In this document: piece by piece, positions 8,222 to 17,185 of the stretch | Layout of the letters: each line of letters opens with the position of its first letter | How positions within the stretch are numbered: position 1 is the first letter of the stretch | Origin: a virus | Taxonomy: Duplodnaviria > Caudoviricetes | Virus record (IMG/VR): IMGVR_UViG_3300032241_000243 | Location: 1 to 52,958 of that record | Length of the DNA: 52,958 bases | Strand: one strand, 5' to 3' | The notes under the pieces: generated by a model | What the model was told of the DNA's origin: nothing | Databases searched by the model: none | Seen by the model: the letters and a program-made list of their open reading frames with translations, nothing else | Made by a program: the position numbers and the translations under genes

Positions 8222-8871
8222 TATCGGCCCTCTCTATGCGCTACCCATGTCATGGCCTGTAGTTGATTAGGGATCTTTATTCCACTTTGTTCAGAGGCTG
8301 TTAAATAAGCATTTTTAAAGTGTTCGTATCTTCCCTGTGCACTAAGACCCAAATTTGGTTTTGTATCGAATTTTTGACCAAAAGGTTTTGCAATCGCAAT
8401 ATCATGAGCATGACGATCAATTGTTACTTCATGTGGTGCATCTGGGTTTAAAATATTATGGTAAAAACTTGTAACCTTATGACCACCAAGAACGTCTAAT
8501 GGGTGTTCTCCACTTAAAATTCGTAAGGCTTTTGTGTTGTTATCTGCGGTTTGCAAATGAAATGGACTACCAGTTTTTGCAATGTGATAACCACCTTGAA
8601 CGTTTGAATCCCAATCCATTGCAGGAGATAATGCAGCAAGTATTCCTGCACCCTTTTCTACATTACCGCTACCAATTCTTACTGCATGATCATGAGCCTT
8701 TGGGTACCAGTTTCTACCTGCGACAATGTCTTCTTTAGACGCATTTGCTAATTTTGCACGAATGTTCATCACGTGAGTAGGTAATACTTTTGCTGCTCTT
8801 TCAGGATCCCAATTACCTGTTAAAGGATCGGTACCAAGAGCATCAAAATTTGGGTATTCAGATTTAGCCAT
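8221..8871 (-). CDS. DUF7178-like protein with a putative HhH DNA-glycosylase-like fold
   Basis: G..WY..AH, AALSP...W..N, KV.SFY.NI, VTIDRHA, QLQAMTWV; visibly AT-richer than its flanks. Confidence 0.6.
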   Translation of the reverse strand: MAKSEYPNFDALGTDPLTGNWDPERAAKVLPTHVMNIRAKLANASKEDIVAGRNWYPKAHDHAVRIGSGNVEKGAGILAALSPAMDWDSNVQGGYHIAKTGSPFHLQTADNNTKALRILSGEHPLDVLGGHKVTSFYHNILNPDAPHEVTIDRHAHDIAIAKPFGQKFDTKPNLGLSAQGRYEHFKNAYLTASEQSGIKIPNQLQAMTWVAHREGR

Positions 8872-8872
8872 G

Positions 8873-9406
8873 TTATGCCCACGCAGGTCTCAAGTAAGCA
8901 AGCATCGCTTGACGGCGTGCATTGATCTGTACAGGTTCATTAGCCATAGTGTTGGCTTTGCCATCGTTAACAAGGTGAGGAGCGGGAGCCAAACGAGCAT
9001 CTGGTGCAAATCGTTCTGTTTTATAAATCATTACGCCTTGATCATTAACAAGAGCAGCCTTCATTTGGCGTTGAATACCAGCCTGGTTGTTAACTGCATC
9101 TGGCCAAAAATACATTGACGGCTCAATACGCTCGCCTTTGTGTACACCACGTTGATACGATTTTTGATTAACTCTGTTTTTAATTGAGTCAAGGAGTCGA
9201 TCATCACGGCGTGAACGAATCGTTCCTAGGTAGCCGTCAGGATATTCTGCTGATGGAACACGGCCAACACCCATACGGCTTGTATCTAGCGCATCACGCG
9301 CTACTGGGATACCTTGACCACCTTGGTTGTTGTATCCATACATGCCTCCGCCACCCAGAGACTGCCAGTTCTGGGAAGGAGAATAGTTATTAACTCCACC
9401 AGCCAT
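8873..9406 (-). CDS. Hypothetical protein
   Basis: 177-aa ORF; AGGAG RBS; EYPDGYLG...YQRGVHKGERI. Confidence 0.7.
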   Translation of the reverse strand: MAGGVNNYSPSQNWQSLGGGGMYGYNNQGGQGIPVARDALDTSRMGVGRVPSAEYPDGYLGTIRSRRDDRLLDSIKNRVNQKSYQRGVHKGERIEPSMYFWPDAVNNQAGIQRQMKAALVNDQGVMIYKTERFAPDARLAPAPHLVNDGKANTMANEPVQINARRQAMLAYLRPAWA

Positions 9407-9409
9407 TAG

Positions 9410-9643
9410 TTACTCCTGTACGGAACGTTTAGACGATTGATCGTCTTCAAATTTGTAAACACTACCTTCTGTACGTGATGACAAAGGTAGTGGGCTTCCA
9501 GAGTCTGATAATCCGCGTGTGCGCCAAGCAGTTGCTTGTGCAGCACTTCCCGATGTACTAGAACTTAGCGACAGAGGAGCAGCAACCTGGGGATGTTGTT
9601 GAAACATGTCCCCAGTGCTACCGAATTGCTCAGATGAAATCAT
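9410..9643 (-). CDS. Hypothetical Ser-rich protein
   Basis: 77-aa ORF in the operon. Confidence 0.6.
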   Translation of the reverse strand: MISSEQFGSTGDMFQQHPQVAAPLSLSSSTSGSAAQATAWRTRGLSDSGSPLPLSSRTEGSVYKFEDDQSSKRSVQE

Positions 9644-9644
9644 C

Positions 9645-10103
9645 TTAGTAGGCGTCTGCCTCGCCGCTTTGGAAGTTAGGTGTTTGGCGGCCCATTACTG
9701 AAGGCACTGTGCGAGCGTTTGCCATTGTTGCGGCTGCTGCTGGCTCAGAACCTGCAGGAAATGAGTGTCCTACTGAATACTTTGCACCCATGCGCTCTGA
9801 CTGTGCTGCAGAACCTGCAAGTACATTACTGCGGTTAGCCTTGTCAGAGATTGTTGGGTCTCCCGCCTGTGTGTTCTTGCGTGGAGCAGAGATTGTGTTA
9901 CCTGGTTCTGCAGAAACATTTGTAAAATGTTCAGCATCTTGTCCCATGTAACGACGTGGTGACTTTGCGTGCGCTGCTGAAGCGATGATCTCTTCTGGTG
10001 TTGGTACGTTGCGTGCCATTGAGGTTCCTGCCGATTCTAGGTGAGATGAAGGTGCACCCATGCGACGGCGCATAGCATGCCCTAGTGATGTCCATTTAGC
10101 CAT
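9645..10103 (-). CDS. Hypothetical low-complexity protein
   Basis: 152 aa; AAGGAG RBS; putative -10 TATCCT at 10132-10127. Confidence 0.7.
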   Translation of the reverse strand: MAKWTSLGHAMRRRMGAPSSHLESAGTSMARNVPTPEEIIASAAHAKSPRRYMGQDAEHFTNVSAEPGNTISAPRKNTQAGDPTISDKANRSNVLAGSAAQSERMGAKYSVGHSFPAGSEPAAAATMANARTVPSVMGRQTPNFQSGEADAY

Positions 10104-10140
10104 GAGTGACTCCTTACGTTAATACAAGGATACGGCGTTT

Positions 10141-10431
10141 TTATGATGCTGTAATGTGAAAAACGATTGCAGAAATGTCACCATCACGCGATTGGATGGT
10201 AGTAAATCCTGGTTTATCTGTGAGATCCATGCCACGAGGGGCAACGTATCCACGTGCGATCGCAATGGCTTTTACAGCCTGGTTTACTGCTCCAGCACCT
10301 ACTGCACGGAGTTTAACCTCGCGCTTGTCGTAGATTGCATGGGCGATGGCAGAGGCCACTGACTGTGGGTTAGATCCTGCACTTACTCGAAGGAATTGCT
10401 CTTCTGCAGGAAGTTCTGGTGTAGTGCTCAA
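10141..10431 (-). CDS. spoVS: SpoVS-family (Alba-like fold) protein
   Basis: LRVSAGSNPQSVASAIA...RAVGAGAVNQAVKAIAIARGYVAP.G.DL...PGF is the SpoVS signature. Confidence 0.9.
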   Translation of the reverse strand: MSTTPELPAEEQFLRVSAGSNPQSVASAIAHAIYDKREVKLRAVGAGAVNQAVKAIAIARGYVAPRGMDLTDKPGFTTIQSRDGDISAIVFHITAS

Positions 10432-10439
10432 GTTGTAGT

Positions 10440-10482
10440 CCTTTAGTTCGGGTTTATGCGCCTCTCCCCGACTGAAAGGGTA
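10440..10482 (-). promoter_or_regulatory. Hairpin sequestering the spoVS RBS, with a -10 (TACCCT) overlapping its 5' arm
   Basis: CCTTTCAGTCGGG-N14-CCCGAACTAAAGG; the 3' arm carries the AAAGGA RBS; TACCCT at 10482-10477. Confidence 0.55.
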
Positions 10483-10487
10483 CCTAC

Positions 10488-11075
10488 TTATAGTCTAGGT
10501 TGATCCCTAAACTTAGAATCTTCCATTTGCTTGGCTACTGCCTTCTCGACTTCGTCTTGAGTAGTTTTTGAAACAAGGCGTGCCAAAGCGTAAGAGTCAG
10601 CAGCATTATCGTCCGAGAATTCGATGCCCCAACGCTTGTAGATCTGCATAAGCATCTCTTGCTTCTTGGCGTTACCTTTGCCTGCTGCATACTTTTTAAG
10701 AGTCATTGGTGGGACCTTCAAGGGATATCTACGGGGATCTCCCTCTTCAAAGTGATCGTATATTGCCATGCGAACTACCGCCGACAACTCTCCGAGTACA
10801 AGGGCAGCATGGCTTGCAAGAACAGTTCCTTCTAATCCCAGGTCATCTATGACCCAGTACTTTTCGCAGTAGTTCAACGTGTCCGTTAGCCATTGACGGA
10901 TATCAGCGAGTCTCTCGATACCAAAATAAGGAGACTTGTACACCCACGTAATGAACTCTGAAGGGTCGTCTGTTGCTAAAACAGTGAGGGCAAACCCTGT
11001 AAGAGATTGATCAATACCAATAGATACTAGTGAGTCCCCAGGTATTGCCTTACCTTCAATTAACTTTGTTGGCAT
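10488..11075 (-). CDS. ruvC: RuvC-like Holliday junction resolvase
   Basis: IGIDQSLTG, LE, LKKYAAGKGNAKK, DDNAADS. Confidence 0.85.
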   Translation of the reverse strand: MPTKLIEGKAIPGDSLVSIGIDQSLTGFALTVLATDDPSEFITWVYKSPYFGIERLADIRQWLTDTLNYCEKYWVIDDLGLEGTVLASHAALVLGELSAVVRMAIYDHFEEGDPRRYPLKVPPMTLKKYAAGKGNAKKQEMLMQIYKRWGIEFSDDNAADSYALARLVSKTTQDEVEKAVAKQMEDSKFRDQPRL

Positions 11076-11607
11076 CTAACAGGGGTTCCGTTCTTACTTG
11101 GACTAGTAGTTCTAGATCCTTAAGTGTTCCCCCGTTATGCAATACCTTATCCCACTTGTATCCGTCTAGTGCGGTTTCTGAGATATGTCGATTAACAGCC
11201 TCAACTCCTGGGCGCTGAATTCTCCACAACTCTCCACCCAGTTGTTTGATCATCCCTGATTCGTTTTCAAATCGAACGTCTGTAATTACGTAGTTGGTGT
11301 TGATGTCAGACATCTGGTGCATAGCAGCAATCACCCAAACGTCTTCTCCAAGACGCTTACGTGCACCTACTCCAAGTTCTTGAAGTAGACGTCTTACTTC
11401 TGGAAACTGTGTTTTAGCAACATCCCAACCGTAAGCACCAACAATACCTTGCAGTGTGTAGTCTGTTTTTAAAACAGGGTTTAAATCCCATAACAAATTG
11501 CGAATAGGATCAGCAAATGCCACACGTGTAAAGTTGTACTTTTCTACAAGTACTTTTGCAACTTCATCTTTTCCGCTTCTGGCATACCCGCTTAGGCCGA
11601 TGATCAT
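11056..11607 (-). CDS. Deoxynucleoside monophosphate kinase
   Basis: IGLSGYARSGKD P-loop, FADPIR, RRLLQELG, VITDVRFENE, HISE. Confidence 0.9.
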   Translation of the reverse strand: MIIGLSGYARSGKDEVAKVLVEKYNFTRVAFADPIRNLLWDLNPVLKTDYTLQGIVGAYGWDVAKTQFPEVRRLLQELGVGARKRLGEDVWVIAAMHQMSDINTNYVITDVRFENESGMIKQLGGELWRIQRPGVEAVNRHISETALDGYKWDKVLHNGGTLKDLELLVQVRTEPLLDANKVN

Positions 11608-13271
11608 TTATTACGTCCTTTGACTAGTGCGTTTAACTCTGGTAAATAAAGGTAATCAATATCAGACTCACGCAAAGTTTGTAAAGCGTCAGTAAGAGTT
11701 TCAACTATGGCATTTCCTGCCAAATTGAAGGAAGTATTAAAAACAATTGGAACACCAGTTATGTCATCAAAACTTTTTATAAGATCGTAGTAGAACGGGT
11801 TCTGCTCTCTGGATAGGGTCTGTACTCTACAAGTCCCATCAACGTGTGTTATTGCAGGTATTTTGGTTTTCTTTTCCTCAATAACGTCTACAGCGTACAT
11901 CATGTAAGGTGATTCATCCAAAGACAACATGTTAAACCAGTCTTTAGCCTTTTCTTTTAAAACTGTACCAGCAAAGGGTCGGTACCATTCTCTTTTTTTG
12001 ACTGCGTTTACGTGATCTTTTCCATTAGGGTCTCTAGGATCGTACAAGATACTTCGATTACCTAATGCTCTGGGACCTGCTTCTGATCGTCCTTGATATA
12101 AGGCAACAATTTTTTTATCTGCAAGTAATTTAGCAACGTCTTCTGCGGTCACGTTTATTTCATAGTCGGTACCACGTATATCTTCAAGAGTGTAGTTATA
12201 GGTTAATCCATAGTAAATACTATTTTGAGTAACAATGTTTTTACTTTTAGTCTCTAAATAGTAAGCGGTCTTTGCTGATCCAAGAGCATTTCCGTCATCA
12301 GTTGACATTGGTTCTACGTAAATAGACACACCTTTTGGTAACTTTTTTAATAAATGGTAGTTTGAAACACAGTTTAAAAAAAACCCACCAGATAAACAAA
12401 GGTTTTTTTGTCCAGTTTTTTCTAGCATGTTTAGTATGTAGTTGGAAACATGTTCTTGAGTGTCTTGTTGCACTCTGTATGCAAGGTTTGCTCGTGTTTG
12501 AAAATCATCAGGTAGATAACCCTCAAAAATGGGTGACCTGTTGCATATTTTAGTCATCCATAAAGTGTTATTTAGTTCACCGTTAGCGTATAACGAAGGA
12601 AAACGAGTGTCATCTACTCCATAAGAAGACATTCCCATCACTTTTCCCGCACCGTGATGTCCTAGACCATAGTGCAAAGAAAGATCCTCAAAAATAGCGG
12701 CTTCTGAGAATACGTTTGTTGTGTAAACAGTTTCGTTTAAGTTGTAAGAGGTTGTTGGGGAGTGAAAAGCGCCGCCCTCATCAAAGCAACGACTTTGTTG
12801 AATAGTCACAACATTGTGGGGGTAACTCATGTAAAAACTAGTAGTTCTTTCAAAGTGAGTTATCCCGTCTATAATTGTACCTGATCCCTTACCGTCTATA
12901 ACGATACACAGTGCTTCTTTAAATCCAGAGTTATAAAAAGCAGTTGATGCGTGCATTTCATGATGATTTTCGGAAAAGTCATAGGTTTTAAAAGAACTAT
13001 CAAAAAAAGTTAACCCCAATGATCGTACAGCGTCTTGTATCACCATCTCATCCGAATATGTTCGCTCTTTCCATGCACGAGACCTTGCAGAAACAGCCAA
13101 GATGTCAATGTGGTCTACATAGTCTTTTACTTTTTGTAAAGAAGTAAATATTGAAGCATCATGTTTTATGTTGTTTAATCGTTCTTCTTGAACATGAAAA
13201 AGAACTTCAGTATCCCTGAGCAAAGCAACTGAACCATCATGGTTAGATTTATTTACACCCAAGATGATCAT
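11604..13271 (-). CDS. O-carbamoyltransferase (NodU/CmcH/TobZ family)
   Basis: HDGS, HHEMHA..AFY.SGF, IDGKG, GKVMG.SSYG, SGG..LNC, GPRALGNRSIL, KKRE.YRPFA, HVDGTCRVQT, NTSFNLAG. Confidence 0.93.
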   Translation of the reverse strand: MIILGVNKSNHDGSVALLRDTEVLFHVQEERLNNIKHDASIFTSLQKVKDYVDHIDILAVSARSRAWKERTYSDEMVIQDAVRSLGLTFFDSSFKTYDFSENHHEMHASTAFYNSGFKEALCIVIDGKGSGTIIDGITHFERTTSFYMSYPHNVVTIQQSRCFDEGGAFHSPTTSYNLNETVYTTNVFSEAAIFEDLSLHYGLGHHGAGKVMGMSSYGVDDTRFPSLYANGELNNTLWMTKICNRSPIFEGYLPDDFQTRANLAYRVQQDTQEHVSNYILNMLEKTGQKNLCLSGGFFLNCVSNYHLLKKLPKGVSIYVEPMSTDDGNALGSAKTAYYLETKSKNIVTQNSIYYGLTYNYTLEDIRGTDYEINVTAEDVAKLLADKKIVALYQGRSEAGPRALGNRSILYDPRDPNGKDHVNAVKKREWYRPFAGTVLKEKAKDWFNMLSLDESPYMMYAVDVIEEKKTKIPAITHVDGTCRVQTLSREQNPFYYDLIKSFDDITGVPIVFNTSFNLAGNAIVETLTDALQTLRESDIDYLYLPELNALVKGRNK

Positions 13272-13717
13272 TACATGCTCCTCTGACGTTGTTCTGATGC
13301 TCTGCGTGTAATCTCTCTGGACACCAAAGTAAGATCACGTTCGTGATTGTTAAGGATCATCTCATAAGTTTTGCGAAACGCGTAAGCGCTTTCCACACGA
13401 TCTTCTAACTTGATAATCTTAGGATCAATAGATATCTCTGCTTTGATCAGAGTGACTTTGTCGCCCTTAGTTGCTGAACCCATACGAGCAACCAACATAC
13501 GAGCGTTCTCACGGTCTAGTATTAGTTGGCACTCACGCTCTTCTAACTGTGCTTCCACTAATTTAGAAGCAAAGAAATCTGCCCATCCAGTTAACTTCGT
13601 AAACAACTCTGCTAGTTCATCTCCACCAAAAGTGGTGATGTCTTCTGGTATGTCCATGCGCTCATATCGTGGTTGTAATGGGCTTGCCACTGTTTGTACT
13701 ACTGGATCAAGTTGCAT
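13271..13717 (-). CDS. Helical protein, possibly a UvsY-like recombination mediator
   Basis: Coiled-coil character; sits in the recombination module; UvsY resemblance is tentative. Confidence 0.4.
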   Translation of the reverse strand: MQLDPVVQTVASPLQPRYERMDIPEDITTFGGDELAELFTKLTGWADFFASKLVEAQLEERECQLILDRENARMLVARMGSATKGDKVTLIKAEISIDPKIIKLEDRVESAYAFRKTYEMILNNHERDLTLVSREITRRASEQRQRSM

Positions 13718-14535
13718 TCTTTACACCCATTCTCTGGATCGATGTTGCACTCAGGCATCTTACCAGCCTCTACAGCATCGACGATCTTCTCAGCAATCCA
13801 GAAGATTCGTTCTACCATTTCAAAGTCAGCCTTTACGCTGAACTCTTTATATGATTGATCTGCTTTTAGTTCGTAGATGAAGACGATTTCTTTAGGAGCC
13901 TCGTCCCCATACATACGCTTCGCAAGTTCCAAGTACATCTGACCTTGAAGAAGGTGAGATCTAAATGGGCGCCTAATGTTTTTAAACGCTTTAGACACAT
14001 CGTTGTCAGCATCAGCCAGTAGGTCGGGAGCGTCAAACCGCATAGTTCCAGTTCCGATGGACTTGATCTCAATGAGGCAATCGTCACCGATACCCTTGAT
14101 CCAACCATCAGTATGACCTGCAATACGCAACTTTTTATCTAGCATTTTTACTTCGTTGTACTTCAACGCACCACCACAGGACAAGCAACTTTCTGGAGAG
14201 ATACCTGTGGTTATCTCTTTGCAATACACGCACTTAAAATCTCCGTAGAGATTACCCATTTCATAGAAATAGGTTTGCCACTTATCGTGGATGTAATGCC
14301 CCTCGTCAAAGATAGATTGCAACTTTAACGAAGGTTTACTTCCAAGTTTTACTCCACCACTCATAAGGTAGTAGGAATACCTATGGCAAAAATCAGGTTT
14401 AATAATTTCAGATGGATGCAATACCAAAGTAGAACGATCACCCTGTGGGCGTCGCATCATATAACGTTCAACATCACCTAGAAGACGTGTTGGTTTCTTC
14501 TTAGCGTCTAAAAACTTCTGTAAATCGCTGACCAT
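13699..14535 (-). CDS. Cas4-like PD-(D/E)XK exonuclease
   Basis: HPSE...C, GH.IH, GHTDG, IEIKS, Q..MY, C-terminal C-x7-CxxC (Fe-S staple), internal CxxC..CxxC. Confidence 0.85.
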   Translation of the reverse strand: MVSDLQKFLDAKKKPTRLLGDVERYMMRRPQGDRSTLVLHPSEIIKPDFCHRYSYYLMSGGVKLGSKPSLKLQSIFDEGHYIHDKWQTYFYEMGNLYGDFKCVYCKEITTGISPESCLSCGGALKYNEVKMLDKKLRIAGHTDGWIKGIGDDCLIEIKSIGTGTMRFDAPDLLADADNDVSKAFKNIRRPFRSHLLQGQMYLELAKRMYGDEAPKEIVFIYELKADQSYKEFSVKADFEMVERIFWIAEKIVDAVEAGKMPECNIDPENGCKECNLIQ

Positions 14536-14542
14536 GTCGCCC

Positions 14543-14884
14543 CTATTGTTGGTAGATATATTCTTCTAGACTAAGCGTAGTACGTTTTAGTCTAAACTCT
14601 TTTTGCCACTTACGCTTTAAGGCGTTTCGCTCTCTATGGCTAAGCCCACCCCAGATTCCATGAGGTTCATCTCTAGAAACGGCATCCCATAAACAGTCGG
14701 AGCGTACTGGGCAGGGGTTCTTACCTGTCTCACCAAGACAGTAGACCTTCGCTTTATCTGCAATGATCTTGTACTTTGCCTTATCACGAGGAGGATAGAA
14801 GATGTCTTCTTCATCACGGGATTTAGGAGCAGCGCCAAAACAGCGTGCGTCGTAACGCCATGAGTACTCTGGCTCGTCATTCAT
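14543..14884 (-). CDS. whiB: WhiB-family Fe-S transcription regulator
   Basis: W...ARC, IFYP, AK.YC...CPVRSDC, GIWGGLS..ER. Confidence 0.92.
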   Translation of the reverse strand: MNDEPEYSWRYDARCFGAAPKSRDEEDIFYPPRDKAKYKIIADKAKVYCLGETGKNPCPVRSDCLWDAVSRDEPHGIWGGLSHRERNALKRKWQKEFRLKRTTLSLEEYIYQQ

Positions 14885-15197
14885 CTTCTAGAAGACTCTC
14901 TCTCATCTCTAGGTAGTCGTCTTCAGTAAGAATAACATAGTTCTTATTGTTGAGACTAATGCCGAAAATCGGTGTACGACTTTCCAAAATTGCATGTGTT
15001 ACATTCTTTTCTAAGTCGACGGCTTTAAGGGTGTAAGTCTTATTGCCTGTGTACTTGTGCTCGATAAGCAAGCCGTCAGCCCGCACATCGCCTTTTCTAG
15101 ACCAAAAAGAACCAGACCCTGCGTTTACAGTTCCGCCTAGTCTTTTAGCCAACCGCTTTTCATGCTTTTGGGATTGCTTTTGACCTTCAGTCTTCAA
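14877..15197 (-). CDS. Small PD-(D/E)XK nuclease (Hjc-like resolvase)
   Basis: HEKRLAK, GSGS...KGDV...LIEHK. Confidence 0.7.
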   Translation of the reverse strand: MKTEGQKQSQKHEKRLAKRLGGTVNAGSGSFWSRKGDVRADGLLIEHKYTGNKTYTLKAVDLEKNVTHAILESRTPIFGISLNNKNYVILTEDDYLEMRESLLEDE

Positions 15198-15432
15198 GTT
15201 CGATCTTACCTTCTTCGTACCCTTTAATCAATTTAGGGGTGATGTAGGTAAGGGCTTCACGCCATAAGCAAGTTCCACAGCCACAGAACAATTCACCTGA
15301 CAGTGTTTCCGAGATACCTTCCTCAGAGGTCTCCCACATTGCTTCAAACAACATGTCGGTGTATTCCTCTACTCCGCGCTGGAGTTCGTCAGCCCAGTCA
15401 GGGTCGTTGATTACAAATCCTGATTTATTCAC
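15187..15432 (-). CDS. Hypothetical protein with CGCGTC; start moved to GTG 15432
   Basis: GTG overlaps the end of recA and follows GGAGG; FCGCGTC. Confidence 0.65.
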   Translation of the reverse strand: MNKSGFVINDPDWADELQRGVEEYTDMLFEAMWETSEEGISETLSGELFCGCGTCLWREALTYITPKLIKGYEEGKIELED

Positions 15433-16477
15433 TGTCTTCCTCCGCTGCTGATGGGAACTCATTGTCTTCAAAAACTTTAACTCGTACCTCTTCTTTAAGG
15501 TCGATCTCTTCACGGATGCTTTGAATGACAGGTTCTACTCCCTGCCACTTACGCTCTCCGTAGTAATACCAACCACCTTTGCGTGTGATAATCTCTTTAA
15601 CAAGTGCCAAAGATACAATCTCTTTAGCAAAGTCGAACTCTCCTGGAGCACACTCTCCGCCTTCAGCAAAGTAAAAGTCAAAGTACGCTACCCGTTGTGG
15701 TGGGGCAGACTTATTCTTCAAAGTGCGCACCTTAATGCGTTGGCCTACGCGTACTTTTTTGTCACCAGTGCCCACTTCAATCCACTCATCACGCTTGACT
15801 TCCGAACGAGTAAAGAAAGCATAGTTCTTGCCTTCTCCTCCAGGAGTGGTACGTGGGTCTCCGTGCATGACGCCGATCTTCATACGATACTGGTTAATGA
15901 TCAACCCTAGTACTGGACGCTCATCTTCTACAAGAGAACGCTTCATGGCGGTTCCTACTACACGGAAGAACTTGTTTGTAAGTAAGGCTCCACGACCTAC
16001 CGTAGCCTCTGACATGTCTTTTTCCATTTCAGGGGCAGGAGAAAGGGCAGGTAGTGAGTCGATGACAATGGCGTCTACAGCCTTTGATTCAGCGAACTGA
16101 ATGACTGCTTGATACGCCTCTTCCATGATAGAAGTTTCGATAACAATCACACGCTCAGTATCTACGCCGCACATAGCAGCGTACTCAGGTACCCACTGCT
16201 CTGCGGCTACCCAAACAGTTAGGTATTCAGGATTTACTGCTTGGTTTGCTGCGATTGTTTTAAGAGCGAGTGCTGTTTTACCATGAGACGGTTCGCCAAT
16301 GAGTTCATTCCATTGATTGCCAGGGAACCCACCACCGAGAACATAGTCCAAGGTAGTAGAGCCACTAGTAATACGAGGGATAAGATCACTTCGAATGTCC
16401 GAAGCAAGAACAACAACGTTATCCCCAAACTTTTTGTTAAGTAAAGCCATAACTTTTTTCGCTTCATCATTCATCAC
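15425..16477 (-). CDS. recA: RecA recombinase
   Basis: LDYVLGGGFP, GEPSHGKT, IVIDSL, INQYRMKIGVMHGDPRTTPGG, KNK.APP, KGGWYYY. Confidence 0.95.
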   Translation of the reverse strand: MMNDEAKKVMALLNKKFGDNVVVLASDIRSDLIPRITSGSTTLDYVLGGGFPGNQWNELIGEPSHGKTALALKTIAANQAVNPEYLTVWVAAEQWVPEYAAMCGVDTERVIVIETSIMEEAYQAVIQFAESKAVDAIVIDSLPALSPAPEMEKDMSEATVGRGALLTNKFFRVVGTAMKRSLVEDERPVLGLIINQYRMKIGVMHGDPRTTPGGEGKNYAFFTRSEVKRDEWIEVGTGDKKVRVGQRIKVRTLKNKSAPPQRVAYFDFYFAEGGECAPGEFDFAKEIVSLALVKEIITRKGGWYYYGERKWQGVEPVIQSIREEIDLKEEVRVKVFEDNEFPSAAEEDSE

Positions 16478-16848
16478 TGCACTCTTCCGATAATGTTCTG
16501 TGGGTTGTAGTTGTTTGTTGTGTCATTGCCTAGTGCTGCTTTAGCACTACCCTGTACTTGAGCGCCGTTCAATACACCGAAGCGACCACCTGATTGTTCT
16601 ACTGGGTAACCACACTCCATACAACGTGGTTTTGCTCCTTGAACAGACATGTAGTTGGTTGAGTGACAGTCTGGGCACATCGCTGTCTGAGTTGCACTGG
16701 TTAAACCTTTAGGTGTTTGAGGTGCCTGCGGTGGGTATGCAGGTGTCATAGGTTGTTGAGAAGGTGGCATCGGCATAGCCATTGGGCGTGGTTGCGGTGC
16801 TTGTGGTTGTGTGCCTAACTGTTTGGCCCACCAGTCTGAATTACTCAT
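16474..16848 (-). CDS. Pro/Gln-rich Zn-ribbon protein
   Basis: CPDC...CMECGY; likely start at MSNSDWW (16848). Confidence 0.7.
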   Translation of the reverse strand: MSNSDWWAKQLGTQPQAPQPRPMAMPMPPSQQPMTPAYPPQAPQTPKGLTSATQTAMCPDCHSTNYMSVQGAKPRCMECGYPVEQSGGRFGVLNGAQVQGSAKAALGNDTTNNYNPQNIIGRVQ

Positions 16849-17185
16849 CTTTTTCCTCATTTTTTAGAGATTCGTTTTTCATTTCATTGCCTACCTGTAT
16901 AAACCACGCAGCCATCTTTTGTCTAGCAGCATAGTGCCCACGTTCGTAGGCTTCTTCCGCATCTTGCTTATACTCTGGAGTGTGGACACTAAGTTCAAAC
17001 TTCTTACGCCATTCTTCAGACTCTGCAATCTTTGTAGCGTTTCGCTGATGCCACTCTTCTAACTCATAGTTGCGAGACTGTAACTTTTGGTTCTCACGAG
17101 AAAGTGCTTTAAAGGCCTCTTCGTTGCGCTCTATATCCCATTTAAGTTCTGCGATTTGATCTTCTAAGGATAGATCGTCATCCAT
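16841..17185 (-). CDS. Hypothetical coiled-coil protein
   Basis: ATG at 17185 overlaps the polymerase TGA. Confidence 0.65.
   Translation of the reverse strand: MDDDLSLEDQIAELKWDIERNEEAFKALSRENQKLQSRNYELEEWHQRNATKIAESEEWRKKFELSVHTPEYKQDAEEAYERGHYAARQKMAAWFIQVGNEMKNESLKNEEKDE

Noticed and set aside
13699-14535. CRISPR-Cas system suggested by the Cas4-like gene
   Set aside because: No repeat-spacer array or other cas genes; stand-alone Cas4-like nucleases are common in phage recombination modules.
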